DNA of 45,883 bases from a virus (taxonomy: Duplodnaviria > Caudoviricetes): the IMG/VR virus record IMGVR_UViG_3300010362_000005, positions 1-45,883 of that record; one strand, written 5' to 3'. Under the pieces are notes generated by a model. It searched no databases, was not told the origin of the DNA, and saw only the letters and a list, made by a program, of their open reading frames with translations. Shown here piece by piece: positions 9,211 to 17,920 of this stretch; position 1 is the stretch's first letter, and each line of letters starts with the position of its first letter. The translations under genes were made by a program, and so were the position numbers.

Positions 9211-10113
9211 ATGCCGGGCATCGTGCAGTTCGCCCCCGACACATTCGGCGCGTGGCTCCAGCGTCGAGGCTTTGAGAGCCTCAAGGCCGTGCCAGCACTC
9301 TACCGCACCGCGGCGCAGCGACTCAACACGGGCGACATCGCGCCCAACTCGCCGATTCTCCCGCGGTTTGCGAGCGAGCTAGGCGTCTCGCTGGAGACGC
9401 TGCAACCGTTCGCGAAAGCAGCGCCGCTCGACGCGCGGTGGGTACAGAAGATCGAAACCCAGCTCGCCAAGGGCACGCTGCCGCGCGGTGCGAAAACGCG
9501 CAATGGGAAAATTGCCAAAAAGCTCAAGGCCAAGGCAAAGGGCCGTCACGGCGGGAGCCGGCACGGGAGCCCGCTCACGCGATTGCTCGTCGAGCAGAGT
9601 GGGATGCCGGTGGCAGCGCTCGGCAAGCAGCTCGGTATCTCGCCGGCCACGATGTCGCGACTCTCTGCCGGGCAGCTCGGGCCCAATCACCCCATCCTGC
9701 CGGCGCTCGCGAAGGCGCTCAAGCTCGATCTGAAAACGCTCACGCGCTACATGCACGGCCCGCGCATGAGTGCGGGGATGGTCAACAAGGCGCGCAGGGC
9801 GCTCGGATCGGCGGCAAAGGCGGCGGCGCGCCACGCACCGAGCCCAGAGGCGCCGCGCGAGGCGACGTCAGCCAAGGCGGCCGCACCGGCGAAGCGCTAC
9901 AACAAGCTGCGCGGGATGTCGCTGGCCTTGCGCGAGGCAACGCGCGCGATGATTGCGACACTCAACGTCGCCACCATGCGCGGCGAGACGCACATGCCAC
10001 CAATCCCGCTGCGCGACCTGTATCTGGTGCTCGTGGATTATCTCGACGCCAAGGGCGTGCGCGACGTGCTCGTCGATCCAAATTTCGCGACCCTGTTCGA
10101 CCCACGGTCATGA
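9211..10113 (+). CDS. Tandem XRE-like HTH regulator
   Basis: Two related segments (RLNTGDIAPNSPILPRFASELGVSLETL; LGISPATMSRLSAGQLGPNHPILPALAKALKLDLKTL) joined by a basic linker. Confidence 0.65.
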   Translation: MPGIVQFAPDTFGAWLQRRGFESLKAVPALYRTAAQRLNTGDIAPNSPILPRFASELGVSLETLQPFAKAAPLDARWVQKIETQLAKGTLPRGAKTRNGKIAKKLKAKAKGRHGGSRHGSPLTRLLVEQSGMPVAALGKQLGISPATMSRLSAGQLGPNHPILPALAKALKLDLKTLTRYMHGPRMSAGMVNKARRALGSAAKAAARHAPSPEAPREATSAKAAAPAKRYNKLRGMSLALREATRAMIATLNVATMRGETHMPPIPLRDLYLVLVDYLDAKGVRDVLVDPNFATLFDPRS

Positions 10114-10126
10114 CGAGAGCCGGACA

Positions 10127-10591
10127 ATGCGACGACATATCTACGTTGGAAATCGGGAGGCCGGTCACGGGACAGGGATACTGGTGACCGTGCGCGAGGA
10201 GGGCGTGCCCGGCTCACTGGTTCCGCTGCCGGTGCGGCTCGACGTTCGCAAGCACAGTCCGACGGGATTCGAGTGGGGCTACGAGGGCAGCGGGCCGGCG
10301 CAGTTGGCGCTCGCGCTGTGCCTGCACGTACTGGAGACTGAGGGCGCCCCGTGGTGGCGCGAGCGCGCCCTGCACTGCTACCAAGACGTGAAGCGATTGC
10401 TCGTCGCTCCGGTGCAGGACAATCAATGGCAATTCACCTCGGAGGACGTGCTGTGGGCCATCCATGATGCCGAGCAGGAACGGCCGCTCGATATGGTCCA
10501 GTGCGACCGGCACGCACTCACGCACCCGTCACGCGCGCTGTGTCCCGACTGTCTGCGCGAGGAGCAGGAGCAGGAGGAAAAACTGTCGTGA
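10127..10591 (+). CDS. DUF6166-like protein
   Basis: Signature VRKHSPTGFEWGYEGSGPAQLALAL. Confidence 0.75.
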   Translation: MRRHIYVGNREAGHGTGILVTVREEGVPGSLVPLPVRLDVRKHSPTGFEWGYEGSGPAQLALALCLHVLETEGAPWWRERALHCYQDVKRLLVAPVQDNQWQFTSEDVLWAIHDAEQERPLDMVQCDRHALTHPSRALCPDCLREEQEQEEKLS

Positions 10592-10845
10592 ACGAGGCGC
10601 GCGAGGACCGGCTCCTCCGCGTGATGGAGCGCGTGACGAACGTGCTCTCGATCGCCGTGCCGGCAACGCTGCTGTTCCTGTGCGTGCTGTGCTACATCCG
10701 ACGCGCCTACGGCCAGGCGCTCTTTCTGCTCGGCGCCACGGTATTCAACGTCGGGAGCACCATGTTTCTCCAGCGTCGCCACGAACGCCGGCGTCGCGAA
10801 TGGGCGGCGAAGCTGCGCGAGCTAGAGGAGATGATGCGCGAATGA
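10588..10845 (+). CDS. Small 2-TM membrane protein
   Basis: GTG start overlaps the previous stop; GGAGG RBS; two hydrophobic helices. Confidence 0.55.
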   Translation: MNEAREDRLLRVMERVTNVLSIAVPATLLFLCVLCYIRRAYGQALFLLGATVFNVGSTMFLQRRHERRRREWAAKLRELEEMMRE

Positions 10846-11081
10846 TCGACGACAACGACACAGATTACGGCGTTGAGCCGGACCAGGCCGTCAGCAAACC
10901 ACCGAAGGGGAAGTTCGTCACTGACTGGAACCTCACCATCACCGTGCGCTGTCCGCGCTGTAAGTCAGGCGTCGAGATGCGCCTCTGGGAATCCGACGAC
11001 GGCGCGTTCGAGGACGAGCAATATCGCTGCGTCAACACCGACTGCGGCCATATGTGGTGGGTTGAATCCAGCGACTACTGA
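10842..11081 (+). CDS. Acidic zinc-ribbon protein
   Basis: CPRC...CVNTDC; ATGA coupling to the previous gene. Confidence 0.6.
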   Translation: MIDDNDTDYGVEPDQAVSKPPKGKFVTDWNLTITVRCPRCKSGVEMRLWESDDGAFEDEQYRCVNTDCGHMWWVESSDY

Positions 11082-11082
11082 C

Positions 11083-11529
11083 ATGGTCATCGGCATCGTC
11101 GGCGCTGAGGCGGCGAAGTTCACAGAGGCGGGCGAGGAGCAAGCGCGCGAAATCATCCACGCGCTGCTCAAAGATCCGGCCGTGTCGTTGATGGTGAGCG
11201 GCGGCTGTCACCTCGGCGGCGCCGACATCTACGCCGAAGAAGAAGCGGAGCTGCTCGGCATCCCGATGCGCATTCACAAACCGAAGCGCCTCTCGTGGGA
11301 CACTGGCTATAAAGAGCGCAACATGCGCATCGCCGAGGACGCCGACATCGTGCACAACATCATCGTGGACGTGCTCCCGAGCGACTTCGGCGGGATGACA
11401 TTCAAGAAGTGTTATCACTGCAACACGACGGCGCACGTGAAGAGCGGCGGGTGCTGGACCGCGAAGTATGCGCAGCGGCTCGGCAAACCAGCCGAGTGGC
11501 ACCTCATCCGAAACTATTCCTCGGGCTAA
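11083..11529 (+). CDS. SLOG-superfamily (YspA/DUF2493-like) protein
   Basis: VIGIVG; VSGGCHLGGADIYAE; YKERNMRIAEDAD; SGGCWTAKYAQRLGKP. Confidence 0.7.
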   Translation: MVIGIVGAEAAKFTEAGEEQAREIIHALLKDPAVSLMVSGGCHLGGADIYAEEEAELLGIPMRIHKPKRLSWDTGYKERNMRIAEDADIVHNIIVDVLPSDFGGMTFKKCYHCNTTAHVKSGGCWTAKYAQRLGKPAEWHLIRNYSSG

Positions 11530-11540
11530 CGGTCTCGCGA

Positions 11541-11714
11541 ATGGGCAGACCAGAGACGAACATTTTGAAACACGTGCGCGCTATCCGGCGAGAGCTGGAA
11601 GATGTCATCACGCCGCGACGGACGTATGCGGCGCTCCAGCGGCGTGTGCTCGCGCGGCTCGACCGCATCGAAGCGCTGTTGCGTAACTTGGACGATCCCC
11701 CCGCGAATGCCTGA
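11541..11714 (+). CDS. Hypothetical protein
   Basis: 57 aa; tiles the operon. Confidence 0.45.
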   Translation: MGRPETNILKHVRAIRRELEDVITPRRTYAALQRRVLARLDRIEALLRNLDDPPANA

Positions 11715-12000
11715 CCACACGCTGATGCTTGTGTGCCTGCCCGTCGTGCCCGGGCTCACGCCAGTGAAAGGCAGCTTCGTTGCGCCGTGCAGTTGTTGCC
11801 CCACGCTCGTGTGGGTCTCGCCCAGCGCAGGGCAGGTGCTCGATCGCGCGGCGATTGTGTGTCCCACGTGTGCCCTCGACGCAGCGCGCGAAGCGAAGCG
11901 CCGCGGCGAGCCGACGCGGTTCGGCGGCTTACTGCCCGGACAGCTCGACGAGCTGCGCGCCGCCGCGCTCGACGCCAGAGATTCCGAGGGCCACGCGTGA
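11707..12000 (+). CDS. Cys-rich hypothetical protein
   Basis: CSCC...CPTC; overlaps both neighbours. Confidence 0.5.
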   Translation: MPDHTLMLVCLPVVPGLTPVKGSFVAPCSCCPTLVWVSPSAGQVLDRAAIVCPTCALDAAREAKRRGEPTRFGGLLPGQLDELRAAALDARDSEGHA

Positions 12001-12293
12001 CGCCCCTGCTCACCCAGGCGACGGGACGGGCGGCAAATCACGATCGGTGCGCGCTGTGCGGCGGCGTGTTCTTCGAGGCCTCGCCGCAGGCGGAACACAC
12101 GCCGGCATTGACGGACGACCAACTGCTGGATGTGCTCCACGCGCTGTCAGTCGGCGAGTACGTCGCGTGGTTCGACGACCAGTATTTGTGCGTCGACTGC
12201 ACGCAGGATCTGAAAGCGTTGCGCTTCGACATGATCGTCGAGCGCCGGCGCGCGCGTCAGGACGGCGAGCGTGCGCGCAGCGAGGACGAGTAA
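11997..12293 (+). CDS. Zn-binding hypothetical protein
   Basis: CALC...CVDC; GTGA coupling. Confidence 0.5.
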   Translation: MTPLLTQATGRAANHDRCALCGGVFFEASPQAEHTPALTDDQLLDVLHALSVGEYVAWFDDQYLCVDCTQDLKALRFDMIVERRRARQDGERARSEDE

Positions 12294-12438
12294 CCGGCGT
12301 CAAACTCCGCGCCCGCGCGAAGTCAATCGGGATTGGCCCTTGGTCCCACGGTCGATTCCCTGGCGCGAACCGGGAGGGGTTGGCATGTTGTGTGCCCCCC
12401 AACATCTCTTTTTGCAACTCCCAACTTCGCGCCGTCCT

Positions 12439-12687
12439 ATGTCCCGCAAGAGCAGCGCGCCTGTCCCGCCCCCGTGCCTGGTCGAGCCACTGCCCCGCGG
12501 CCTATCGTTCGCGCCGTGGGTCGGTCCCGAAGGCGAAGCCGTGCTTCTCGTGATAACCTCGCAGCGCCGGAAACTCACCGAGGTTGTGGTGCCGTGGGGC
12601 GCCAATCGCCTGGAGCTGGAGGACAAGCTCCTCGGGTGGCTCGACGAGGTGGACCCGCCGGCGCGTGAGCCGCTGCGCTTAGCCTGA
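12439..12687 (+). CDS. Hypothetical protein convergent with the repressor
   Basis: 82 aa from ATG 12439, just after an operator-like site at 12409-12425. Confidence 0.5.
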   Translation: MSRKSSAPVPPPCLVEPLPRGLSFAPWVGPEGEAVLLVITSQRRKLTEVVVPWGANRLELEDKLLGWLDEVDPPAREPLRLA

Positions 12688-13059
12688 GCGGCCGCCGCCA
12701 CCGCCGCGGCGTCGGGAGCGCGCCGGCCGTGCGGCCGAGGCCTGTCCCCGGTGTGGCTTTGGGAAGTGCTTCGTCGCGTCGCCGCGCGCGGCCTCGCCGA
12801 AGATAAGCCAGAGCATGCCGCGTTGCTCAGGGTCGACGCTCGCGATCACGGCCAGCTCCTCGGCCAATAGATCGCGACGGCCGCTCTCCATGCGGGAGAC
12901 CTTGGCCTTGTCGTATTTCCGGTCGATGCCGTACGCGAGCAGGTGGCGCCGGAGCAGCTCGGCGAATTCATCGCCATTGATGCCGAGTGCCTCGCGTACG
13001 GCCAAGACGCGTTCGCCGCGACGGATGCGTTGAATGGCTAATTCAGCTTTGATCGACAC
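12679..13059 (-). CDS. cI-like XRE HTH repressor (start uncertain)
   Basis: GERVLAVREALGINGDEFAELL...KAKVSRMESGRRDL...WLIFGE; divergent from a cro-like gene; no S24 peptidase domain visible. Confidence 0.7.
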   Translation of the reverse strand: MSIKAELAIQRIRRGERVLAVREALGINGDEFAELLRRHLLAYGIDRKYDKAKVSRMESGRRDLLAEELAVIASVDPEQRGMLWLIFGEAARGDATKHFPKPHRGQASAARPARSRRRGGGGGRSG

Positions 13060-13172
13060 AAGGCGGAAGGGAAGAGGTCGGCAGGCAGCAAGCACGGATC
13101 GCAACTTGGGGGTTGCGAGTTGGGAATTTCGCAACCATTATCTGCACAAGTCGACATGCACACGGTGCATAA
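13060..13172. promoter_or_regulatory. Lysis/lysogeny switch region with inverted repeats
   Basis: TCGCAAC-N6-GTTGCGA (13099-13118), GTTG-N9-CAAC (13119-13135) and ATGCAC-N3-GTGCAT (13156-13170) lie between divergent HTH genes. Confidence 0.65.
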
Positions 13173-13448
13173 ATGACAATACCGTCCCACTTCTCGTCTG
13201 GCAAGCATGCTCCCTTACCGTCGCGCAAGCAGCGGTTCGGCGCGGCATTAAGACTTGCTAGCCTCACGTATACCAAATGGGCGTCTGACCAGGGCATCAC
13301 GGTTAGCCATCTGAACCTTGTTCTAACAGGTGTTCGAGCAGGCGGCAGGCGACTTAATGCGGCGATCGACGAACTAATTCATCGCTATTTCGCGAAAACC
13401 TCTTCGACAAAACCGCCGCGCAAGCGACCCACTCGGCGGAGCGCGTAA
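13173..13448 (+). CDS. Cro-like HTH protein
   Basis: FGAALRLASLTYTKWASDQGITVSHLNLVLTG; divergent from the repressor. Confidence 0.65.
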   Translation: MTIPSHFSSGKHAPLPSRKQRFGAALRLASLTYTKWASDQGITVSHLNLVLTGVRAGGRRLNAAIDELIHRYFAKTSSTKPPRKRPTRRSA

Positions 13449-13592
13449 GGAAACTCCTGACACTCTGTAACAGTTTGGGTTCGCCGGTCACTCCTTAAAA
13501 GGCGTTGAAAGCATTGGAAGAGGTTGAAGAACGTTTTTAGGGCGCTAAAGAGCTTTAGGAAGTAGTGATTGCCTTGTCGTGAGGACACGCTC

Positions 13593-14129
13593 ATGCCATC
13601 CAGCAGTCTAAAACTCTATGAGATTGTCGAGGCTCGCGACATTCTCGACAAGTGGCTCGAAGAGTCTGAGGGCGAGCTGACGCCAGAGATTGAGGCACTG
13701 CTGGATCATCTCGACGGGAAGGCTGACGAGAAGATTGAACGCGTGGGCCTCTACATCCGGGAGCGACTCGCACAAGCCAAAGCGGTGAAGGAGGAGCGCG
13801 ACCGACTCGACGCGTTAGCGAAACGGGAAGAGCGCGCTGCCGACTCTTTGAAGAGCTACTTAAAGCGCTGCTTAGAAGCGCTTGGCAAGACCAAAGTGCA
13901 CGGACTGCTCGCGACCGTGGCCATTCAACAAAACAGTCAGCCGAGTGTCACCACCGCGCTCACCGCAACCGAGCTGTATGCGCTTGACGAGGCGCGTCCC
14001 TATGTGCGCCGTGTGGAGACCGTCCTTTACTCGCTCGATCGCGAGGCGGTGCTTGCGGCCTGGAAACGGCACGAGCCGCTACCCGAAACGATTAGTGTCG
14101 ACCTGGGCTCGCACGTGCGCATTCGCTAA
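13593..14129 (+). CDS. Siphovirus Gp157-family protein
   Basis: KLYEI...KIERVGLYIRE...KEERDRL...LKSYL...coiled coil, ending HVRIR; GAGG RBS. Confidence 0.8.
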   Translation: MPSSSLKLYEIVEARDILDKWLEESEGELTPEIEALLDHLDGKADEKIERVGLYIRERLAQAKAVKEERDRLDALAKREERAADSLKSYLKRCLEALGKTKVHGLLATVAIQQNSQPSVTTALTATELYALDEARPYVRRVETVLYSLDREAVLAAWKRHEPLPETISVDLGSHVRIR

Positions 14130-14200
14130 ATGACTTGATGGCCTGACTGAATATCACAACACGTTGGTTGCGCAACTCTTCCCTTCACCTAGACTCTCCG

Positions 14201-15337
14201 ATGACGCACGCGTTAGCGCCTACTGACGGCACGGTTGCGGCGACCGTCGCCGACCCGCGGTTGCCGGCCCCGATCAACAAGCGCACGCTGGGCAGTTACC
14301 TCACGCTGATCGAGAACCCCGACACACTCAAGCTCCAGAACCGGCTCGCCGGCGCGTACGACGCCGCGTGTGGGGCGCTCTTAGGCCCGAATGACATTCA
14401 GGTTGAGTCGGGTCGATCGTTCAAGAAGAAAAGCGCCTGGCGCAAGCTCGCGCGCTACTTCGGGATTTCGACCTCGGTCATCGACCATTCGGAGCGCTAT
14501 CTCGTCGACGAGACCACCGGCGAGTCAATCTTTGTCGCGTCGTGCACGGTGCGCGGCACGGCACCGTGGGGGCAGACGACCGACGCGACCGGCGCGTGCG
14601 GCACCGACGAAGAGAGCGGCCGGCGCAAAATCTCGATCGCCGACGCGATTGCGACGGCACAGACCCGGGCCGACAATCGCGCCGTGTCGAACCTCGTGGC
14701 GATGGGCGAAGTCTCGGCTGAAGAGGCGACGCGTGAGGAACGCTCGCAGGGCACCGCCGCAGCGGCCGCCGCCGACATGACGCTCGACGACGCGCGCAAA
14801 GTGCCGTTCCCGTGGCGCACGCCGGAGAAGTACAAGGGCAAGCCGATGGGCGACCTATCGCTGCGCATGCTCGACGCTGTGCTCGCGGCCGTGGAGAAGG
14901 AAATCGAGTCAGCCGGAATGACGCCGCGCCGGAGCGAGCTGCAACGCGCCGCGCAGCTCCTCAAGGCCGAGAAGGAAAAAGAGAAGGAAGCCGAGAAGGC
15001 GGCCAAGGCCGCGGCATCGACCGAGGCCGAGCCGGCCACAGAGCCCAAGCCGCTCGACGCGCTGCACACTGCTGTCCAGAAACTCTTATCGCACCCTGCC
15101 CTGCCGGCGCCGGCGCGCGTGTCCTATCGCGCCTGGTACGGCAACACGAATGACGAGGCGGGACTGCGCGAGCTGATTCACTCGCTCGAATCGTCGATCG
15201 AAGATGCAGCCGAAACGAATCGCGCGAAGATCGCCGACGAGGAAGCCATCGAGGACGCGAAGCTCGCACAGCGCAACGACGGCGACGACGACCGCGGGCA
15301 CTTCCGATTCGCTGGCGACGTCGACGACAATGGATAA
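14201..15337 (+). CDS. Putative single-strand annealing (Rad52/ERF-like) recombinase
   Basis: KKSAWRKLARYFG...ATAQTRADNRAVSNLVAMGEVSAEE; acidic tail; follows gp157. Confidence 0.55.
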   Translation: MTHALAPTDGTVAATVADPRLPAPINKRTLGSYLTLIENPDTLKLQNRLAGAYDAACGALLGPNDIQVESGRSFKKKSAWRKLARYFGISTSVIDHSERYLVDETTGESIFVASCTVRGTAPWGQTTDATGACGTDEESGRRKISIADAIATAQTRADNRAVSNLVAMGEVSAEEATREERSQGTAAAAAADMTLDDARKVPFPWRTPEKYKGKPMGDLSLRMLDAVLAAVEKEIESAGMTPRRSELQRAAQLLKAEKEKEKEAEKAAKAAASTEAEPATEPKPLDALHTAVQKLLSHPALPAPARVSYRAWYGNTNDEAGLRELIHSLESSIEDAAETNRAKIADEEAIEDAKLAQRNDGDDDRGHFRFAGDVDDNG

Positions 15338-15623
15338 GCCGGAGAAGCCGAAACGCGCTCCGCAGTTCTTTACCGTGCCGGCCGGGACGCCGGCCAAGCA
15401 GTGCAAGAGCGAGACGTGCGCCAAGGTGATTTACTGGATCACGACTAAGGCCGGGCGCCGCATGCCCGTCGACTGCGACGTCGAGGGCGGCGTACGGCCC
15501 ACGCCGATCTACGACCCGCGGCAGCTCGACGCGTTCAAGGCCCCGGGGCAGGTGACGCACGATGGCCGCGGTCGATCGCATTTCGAGACCTGTAAGGACG
15601 CGGCACGGTTTCGCGGCGATTGA
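15330..15623 (+). CDS. Small Zn-binding phage protein
   Basis: CKSETC..IYWITTKAGRRMPVD...SHFETC pattern. Confidence 0.65.
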   Translation: MDKPEKPKRAPQFFTVPAGTPAKQCKSETCAKVIYWITTKAGRRMPVDCDVEGGVRPTPIYDPRQLDAFKAPGQVTHDGRGRSHFETCKDAARFRGD

Positions 15624-15739
15624 CGCAAGAGCTTAGTAGAATCGAATTGTGAGGGATTGAATCCGTTGCTTGACGCGAAGTGTGCAGTGGCGTAAGGTTG
15701 GAATAGTTGCAACTCTCAACCCTTTGGAGTCCCCTTCCC

Positions 15740-16009
15740 GTGCCAAGGTCCTCAACCCTCGCTCAGCGATTCGCGAACGTGCGCCAAGAGCCGTCCCACC
15801 CGGTGCCGCTCGCCGAGCGCGGGCGCATGTACTTCCTGCGCGACGTGCAGGAGCTGCTCGGCCGTGACGAGACCGGCGCGTTTCGGAAAAGCCTCTGGTG
15901 GATCAAGAACAACTTTGCGCCGGACGCCAAGCGCAAGCTCGGTCGCGACCCGTATTGGTGGGAAGTCGACGTGCTCCGGTGGCTCGACGAGCAGCGAGGC
16001 GCCCGCTAA
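15740..16009 (+). CDS. xis: Excisionase / AlpA-like recombination directionality factor
   Basis: YFLRDVQELLG...KLGRDPYWWEVDVLRWLDEQ winged-helix pattern; TAATG-coupled to the integrase. Confidence 0.65.
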   Translation: MPRSSTLAQRFANVRQEPSHPVPLAERGRMYFLRDVQELLGRDETGAFRKSLWWIKNNFAPDAKRKLGRDPYWWEVDVLRWLDEQRGAR

Positions 16010-17208
16010 TGGCCGCCGCGCGCAAGAAAGCGATCAAGGATCGTATTGACGTCATCATCCCGGCGACGCCGCCGTGGCGCTTTCAGAAGCGCAGCGGGGC
16101 GACAACGACCGCCGAGCACACCGCGCGAAAGGGACTGCTCAAGCGACTCATTGAGGCGGGGCAACTCACCACGATCAAAGACCTCGCCGACGATCGCATC
16201 ACCTGGGAAGAACTCCGACAGGCCGAGCGCGACAAGCGCATCGGTCGCGACGACCTCGGCGCCGACATCTCGCTCGCGCGTCTGCTGTGGGACGGTGAGG
16301 GCGACGACGACCAGGGGGCTTTTGCGGTCACACTGCCGAAGATGGGCAAGCCCGGGCCCGCCGGCATCCAGACTCGCAAACGCTACGCGCTCGTGTTCGA
16401 CCAACTGCGCACGTACGGCGTCGCGGCCGGACTGTCGCCGAAGTCGCAAGTTCGCGACCTCGCGACCACGAAATGGGCCGCACTGTGGGCCGCGATGGGC
16501 GATCTGTCGCCGGCGTCGCGCAACCATGTGCGCCGGGGCGTGAGTGCCTTCCTGACGCAGTTTCTCGACAACAAGCACCACCCGTATCGACACAAGGTCT
16601 GTAAGGCGCTCGGAGCCAACGAGGACGCGACCGCGGCGGCGCGCGACATTGAGCCGCACGAGGAATGGCCGGTGCTCATGGCCGCGCTCAACGAGGCCGT
16701 ACAGCCGACGGCATTCGTGCTCGCGTTCACGGGCATGCGCATCGCTGAGTACCTCCAGCTCGACGACACGAGCGTGCGGCACGGGTTCATCACCATTCCT
16801 GGCTACAAGGACCCAGCCGCCATTCCCGAGGGGTACGAGGACCTCGTGCGGCAGGCGATCCCCTGCCGGCTCGCACCGGCGCCGGCGCGGCCCGCCGGCG
16901 TCTATCCCGGCGTGCAGTATGACGCGCGCTACAAGAAGATTTACAAGGCGTTCAAGGCCGCCGAGGTCGCGACGGGCATCAAGTGCACGCCGCACTACCT
17001 TCGACATCTGTACGCGGCGGTCGGCGTCGACGAGGCCCCGACGGTCCACGTCCAGCACGCCCTGCGGCACAAGACCCCGGCTATGACCGCCGACTACGCC
17101 AAACGGCGCAGCGCCAAACAGGTCTCCAATGCCGTCGCCGCGGTGCTCGGCCCGGCGGTCGGACTGATGCCCGCCGCGCCCAAACGGCGGCCGAAAAAGG
17201 CGGGTTGA
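16009..17208 (+). CDS. int: Tyrosine integrase
   Basis: Catalytic motifs TGMRIAE, HYLRH, LRHKTPAMTADY; adjacent to attP. Confidence 0.92.
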   Translation: MAAARKKAIKDRIDVIIPATPPWRFQKRSGATTTAEHTARKGLLKRLIEAGQLTTIKDLADDRITWEELRQAERDKRIGRDDLGADISLARLLWDGEGDDDQGAFAVTLPKMGKPGPAGIQTRKRYALVFDQLRTYGVAAGLSPKSQVRDLATTKWAALWAAMGDLSPASRNHVRRGVSAFLTQFLDNKHHPYRHKVCKALGANEDATAAARDIEPHEEWPVLMAALNEAVQPTAFVLAFTGMRIAEYLQLDDTSVRHGFITIPGYKDPAAIPEGYEDLVRQAIPCRLAPAPARPAGVYPGVQYDARYKKIYKAFKAAEVATGIKCTPHYLRHLYAAVGVDEAPTVHVQHALRHKTPAMTADYAKRRSAKQVSNAVAAVLGPAVGLMPAAPKRRPKKAG

Positions 17209-17361
17209 GCATCCTGTAATGAGTGTTTCCGGGTGAGGGAGAAAGTGAGGGACGTGTTCCCATTTCGGGCCATTTCACGCCATTCGGTAACTGCAATGTT
17301 TCTCACGTTTTCCCTCTCAAAACACGAAAGTTGTGAGTTTCGCAACTCGACCCTGGACGAC

Positions 17362-17403
17362 CTTTTAATCCGTAGGTCGCGGGTTCGAAACCCGCCCGGG
17401 TCA
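17362..17403 (+). tRNA. 3' half of tRNA-Lys(UUU) forming the attP common core; not a complete tRNA
   Basis: CTTTTAA anticodon loop, TCCGT, AGGTC, T-arm GCGGG-TTCGAAA-CCCGC, acceptor strand CCGGGTC-A; no D-arm or pairing 5' half upstream. Confidence 0.85.
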
Positions 17404-17407
17404 TACA

Positions 17408-17427
17408 CTTACGCGATTCTGCGTAAG
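17408..17427. promoter_or_regulatory. Hairpin/palindrome just after the tRNA fragment
   Basis: CTTACGC-GATTCT-GCGTAAG; no U-tract, so it may be a protein-binding site rather than a terminator. Confidence 0.4.
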
Positions 17428-17489
17428 GGGGGTGAGGGAGAAAGTGAGGGACCGGCGTCGCACTATTCCCAACTTTTGGGGATTTCTGC

Positions 17490-17702
17490 GTGACGGCGCC
17501 GGTTACTCCCCCCGCCGTCGCCCGCGCCGAGGCCCTGCTCACGAGGGTCATCGCGACCCTGGGCCCGCTCGCGCTGCGCACCAAGGTCACGCTCAAGACC
17601 TCTGAGCTGCGCCTCCTACTCGACACCATCACCGAGGCGCGGCAGGAAGTGCGCTCGCTCGTCGTGCCGCCGAACCGCGCGCACGCGGGGGGCGAACCGT
17701 GA
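17490..17702 (+). CDS. Hypothetical protein
   Basis: 70 aa; GTGA-coupled to the next ORF. Confidence 0.45.
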   Translation: MTAPVTPPAVARAEALLTRVIATLGPLALRTKVTLKTSELRLLLDTITEARQEVRSLVVPPNRAHAGGEP

Positions 17703-17917
17703 GCTGGGCCCTCACCTCGTCCCTCACCTTTCCCCTCACCCCCGGGCAGCTCGTGTCGTGGTGGTACGTCCCGCGGGGCGGCTACGGCGTGGGCTATTTC
17801 GTTGACGGCGTCATCATCGCCGTGCACCAAACACGCGTCACAATCCGGGTGAAGCGCCGCAATGGCGTCGTGGTCGATCGGCGCGTCTCGCCCGCGTCCC
17901 TTCGCCCGAGGCCCTAG
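17699..17917 (+). CDS. Small SH3/KOW-like beta protein
   Basis: PGQLVSW...GVIIAVHQTRVTIRV...RRVSPASL; ends 3 nt before the initiator gene. Confidence 0.5.
   Translation: MSWALTSSLTFPLTPGQLVSWWYVPRGGYGVGYFVDGVIIAVHQTRVTIRVKRRNGVVVDRRVSPASLRPRP
17709..17740 (-). repeat. Three inverted arm-type repeats
   Basis: Minus strand reads GTGAGGGG-AAAG-GTGAGGGA-CGAG-GTGAGGG, with the same 12-bp period as the attP arms. Confidence 0.7.
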
Positions 17918-17920
17918 CCT

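Larger units (their letters stand above)
17231..17452 (+). mobile_element. attP: core flanked by perfect 23-bp arm-type repeats
   Basis: GGGTGAGGGAGAAAGTGAGGGAC at 17231-17253 and 17430-17452 flank the tRNA fragment, directly downstream of int. Confidence 0.85.

Noticed and set aside
17330-17403. Complete phage tRNA-Lys gene
   Set aside because: No D-arm, and the upstream bases do not pair with the anticodon or acceptor stems; it is an attP core.
17231-17452. CRISPR mini-array from the 23-bp repeats
   Set aside because: Only two copies 199 bp apart, flanking a tRNA fragment beside int; no cas genes seen.
17782-17791. Inverted third core site (CTACGG) next to the triple arm array
   Set aside because: Only a 6-bp match, and the spacing does not reproduce the 65-bp offset.
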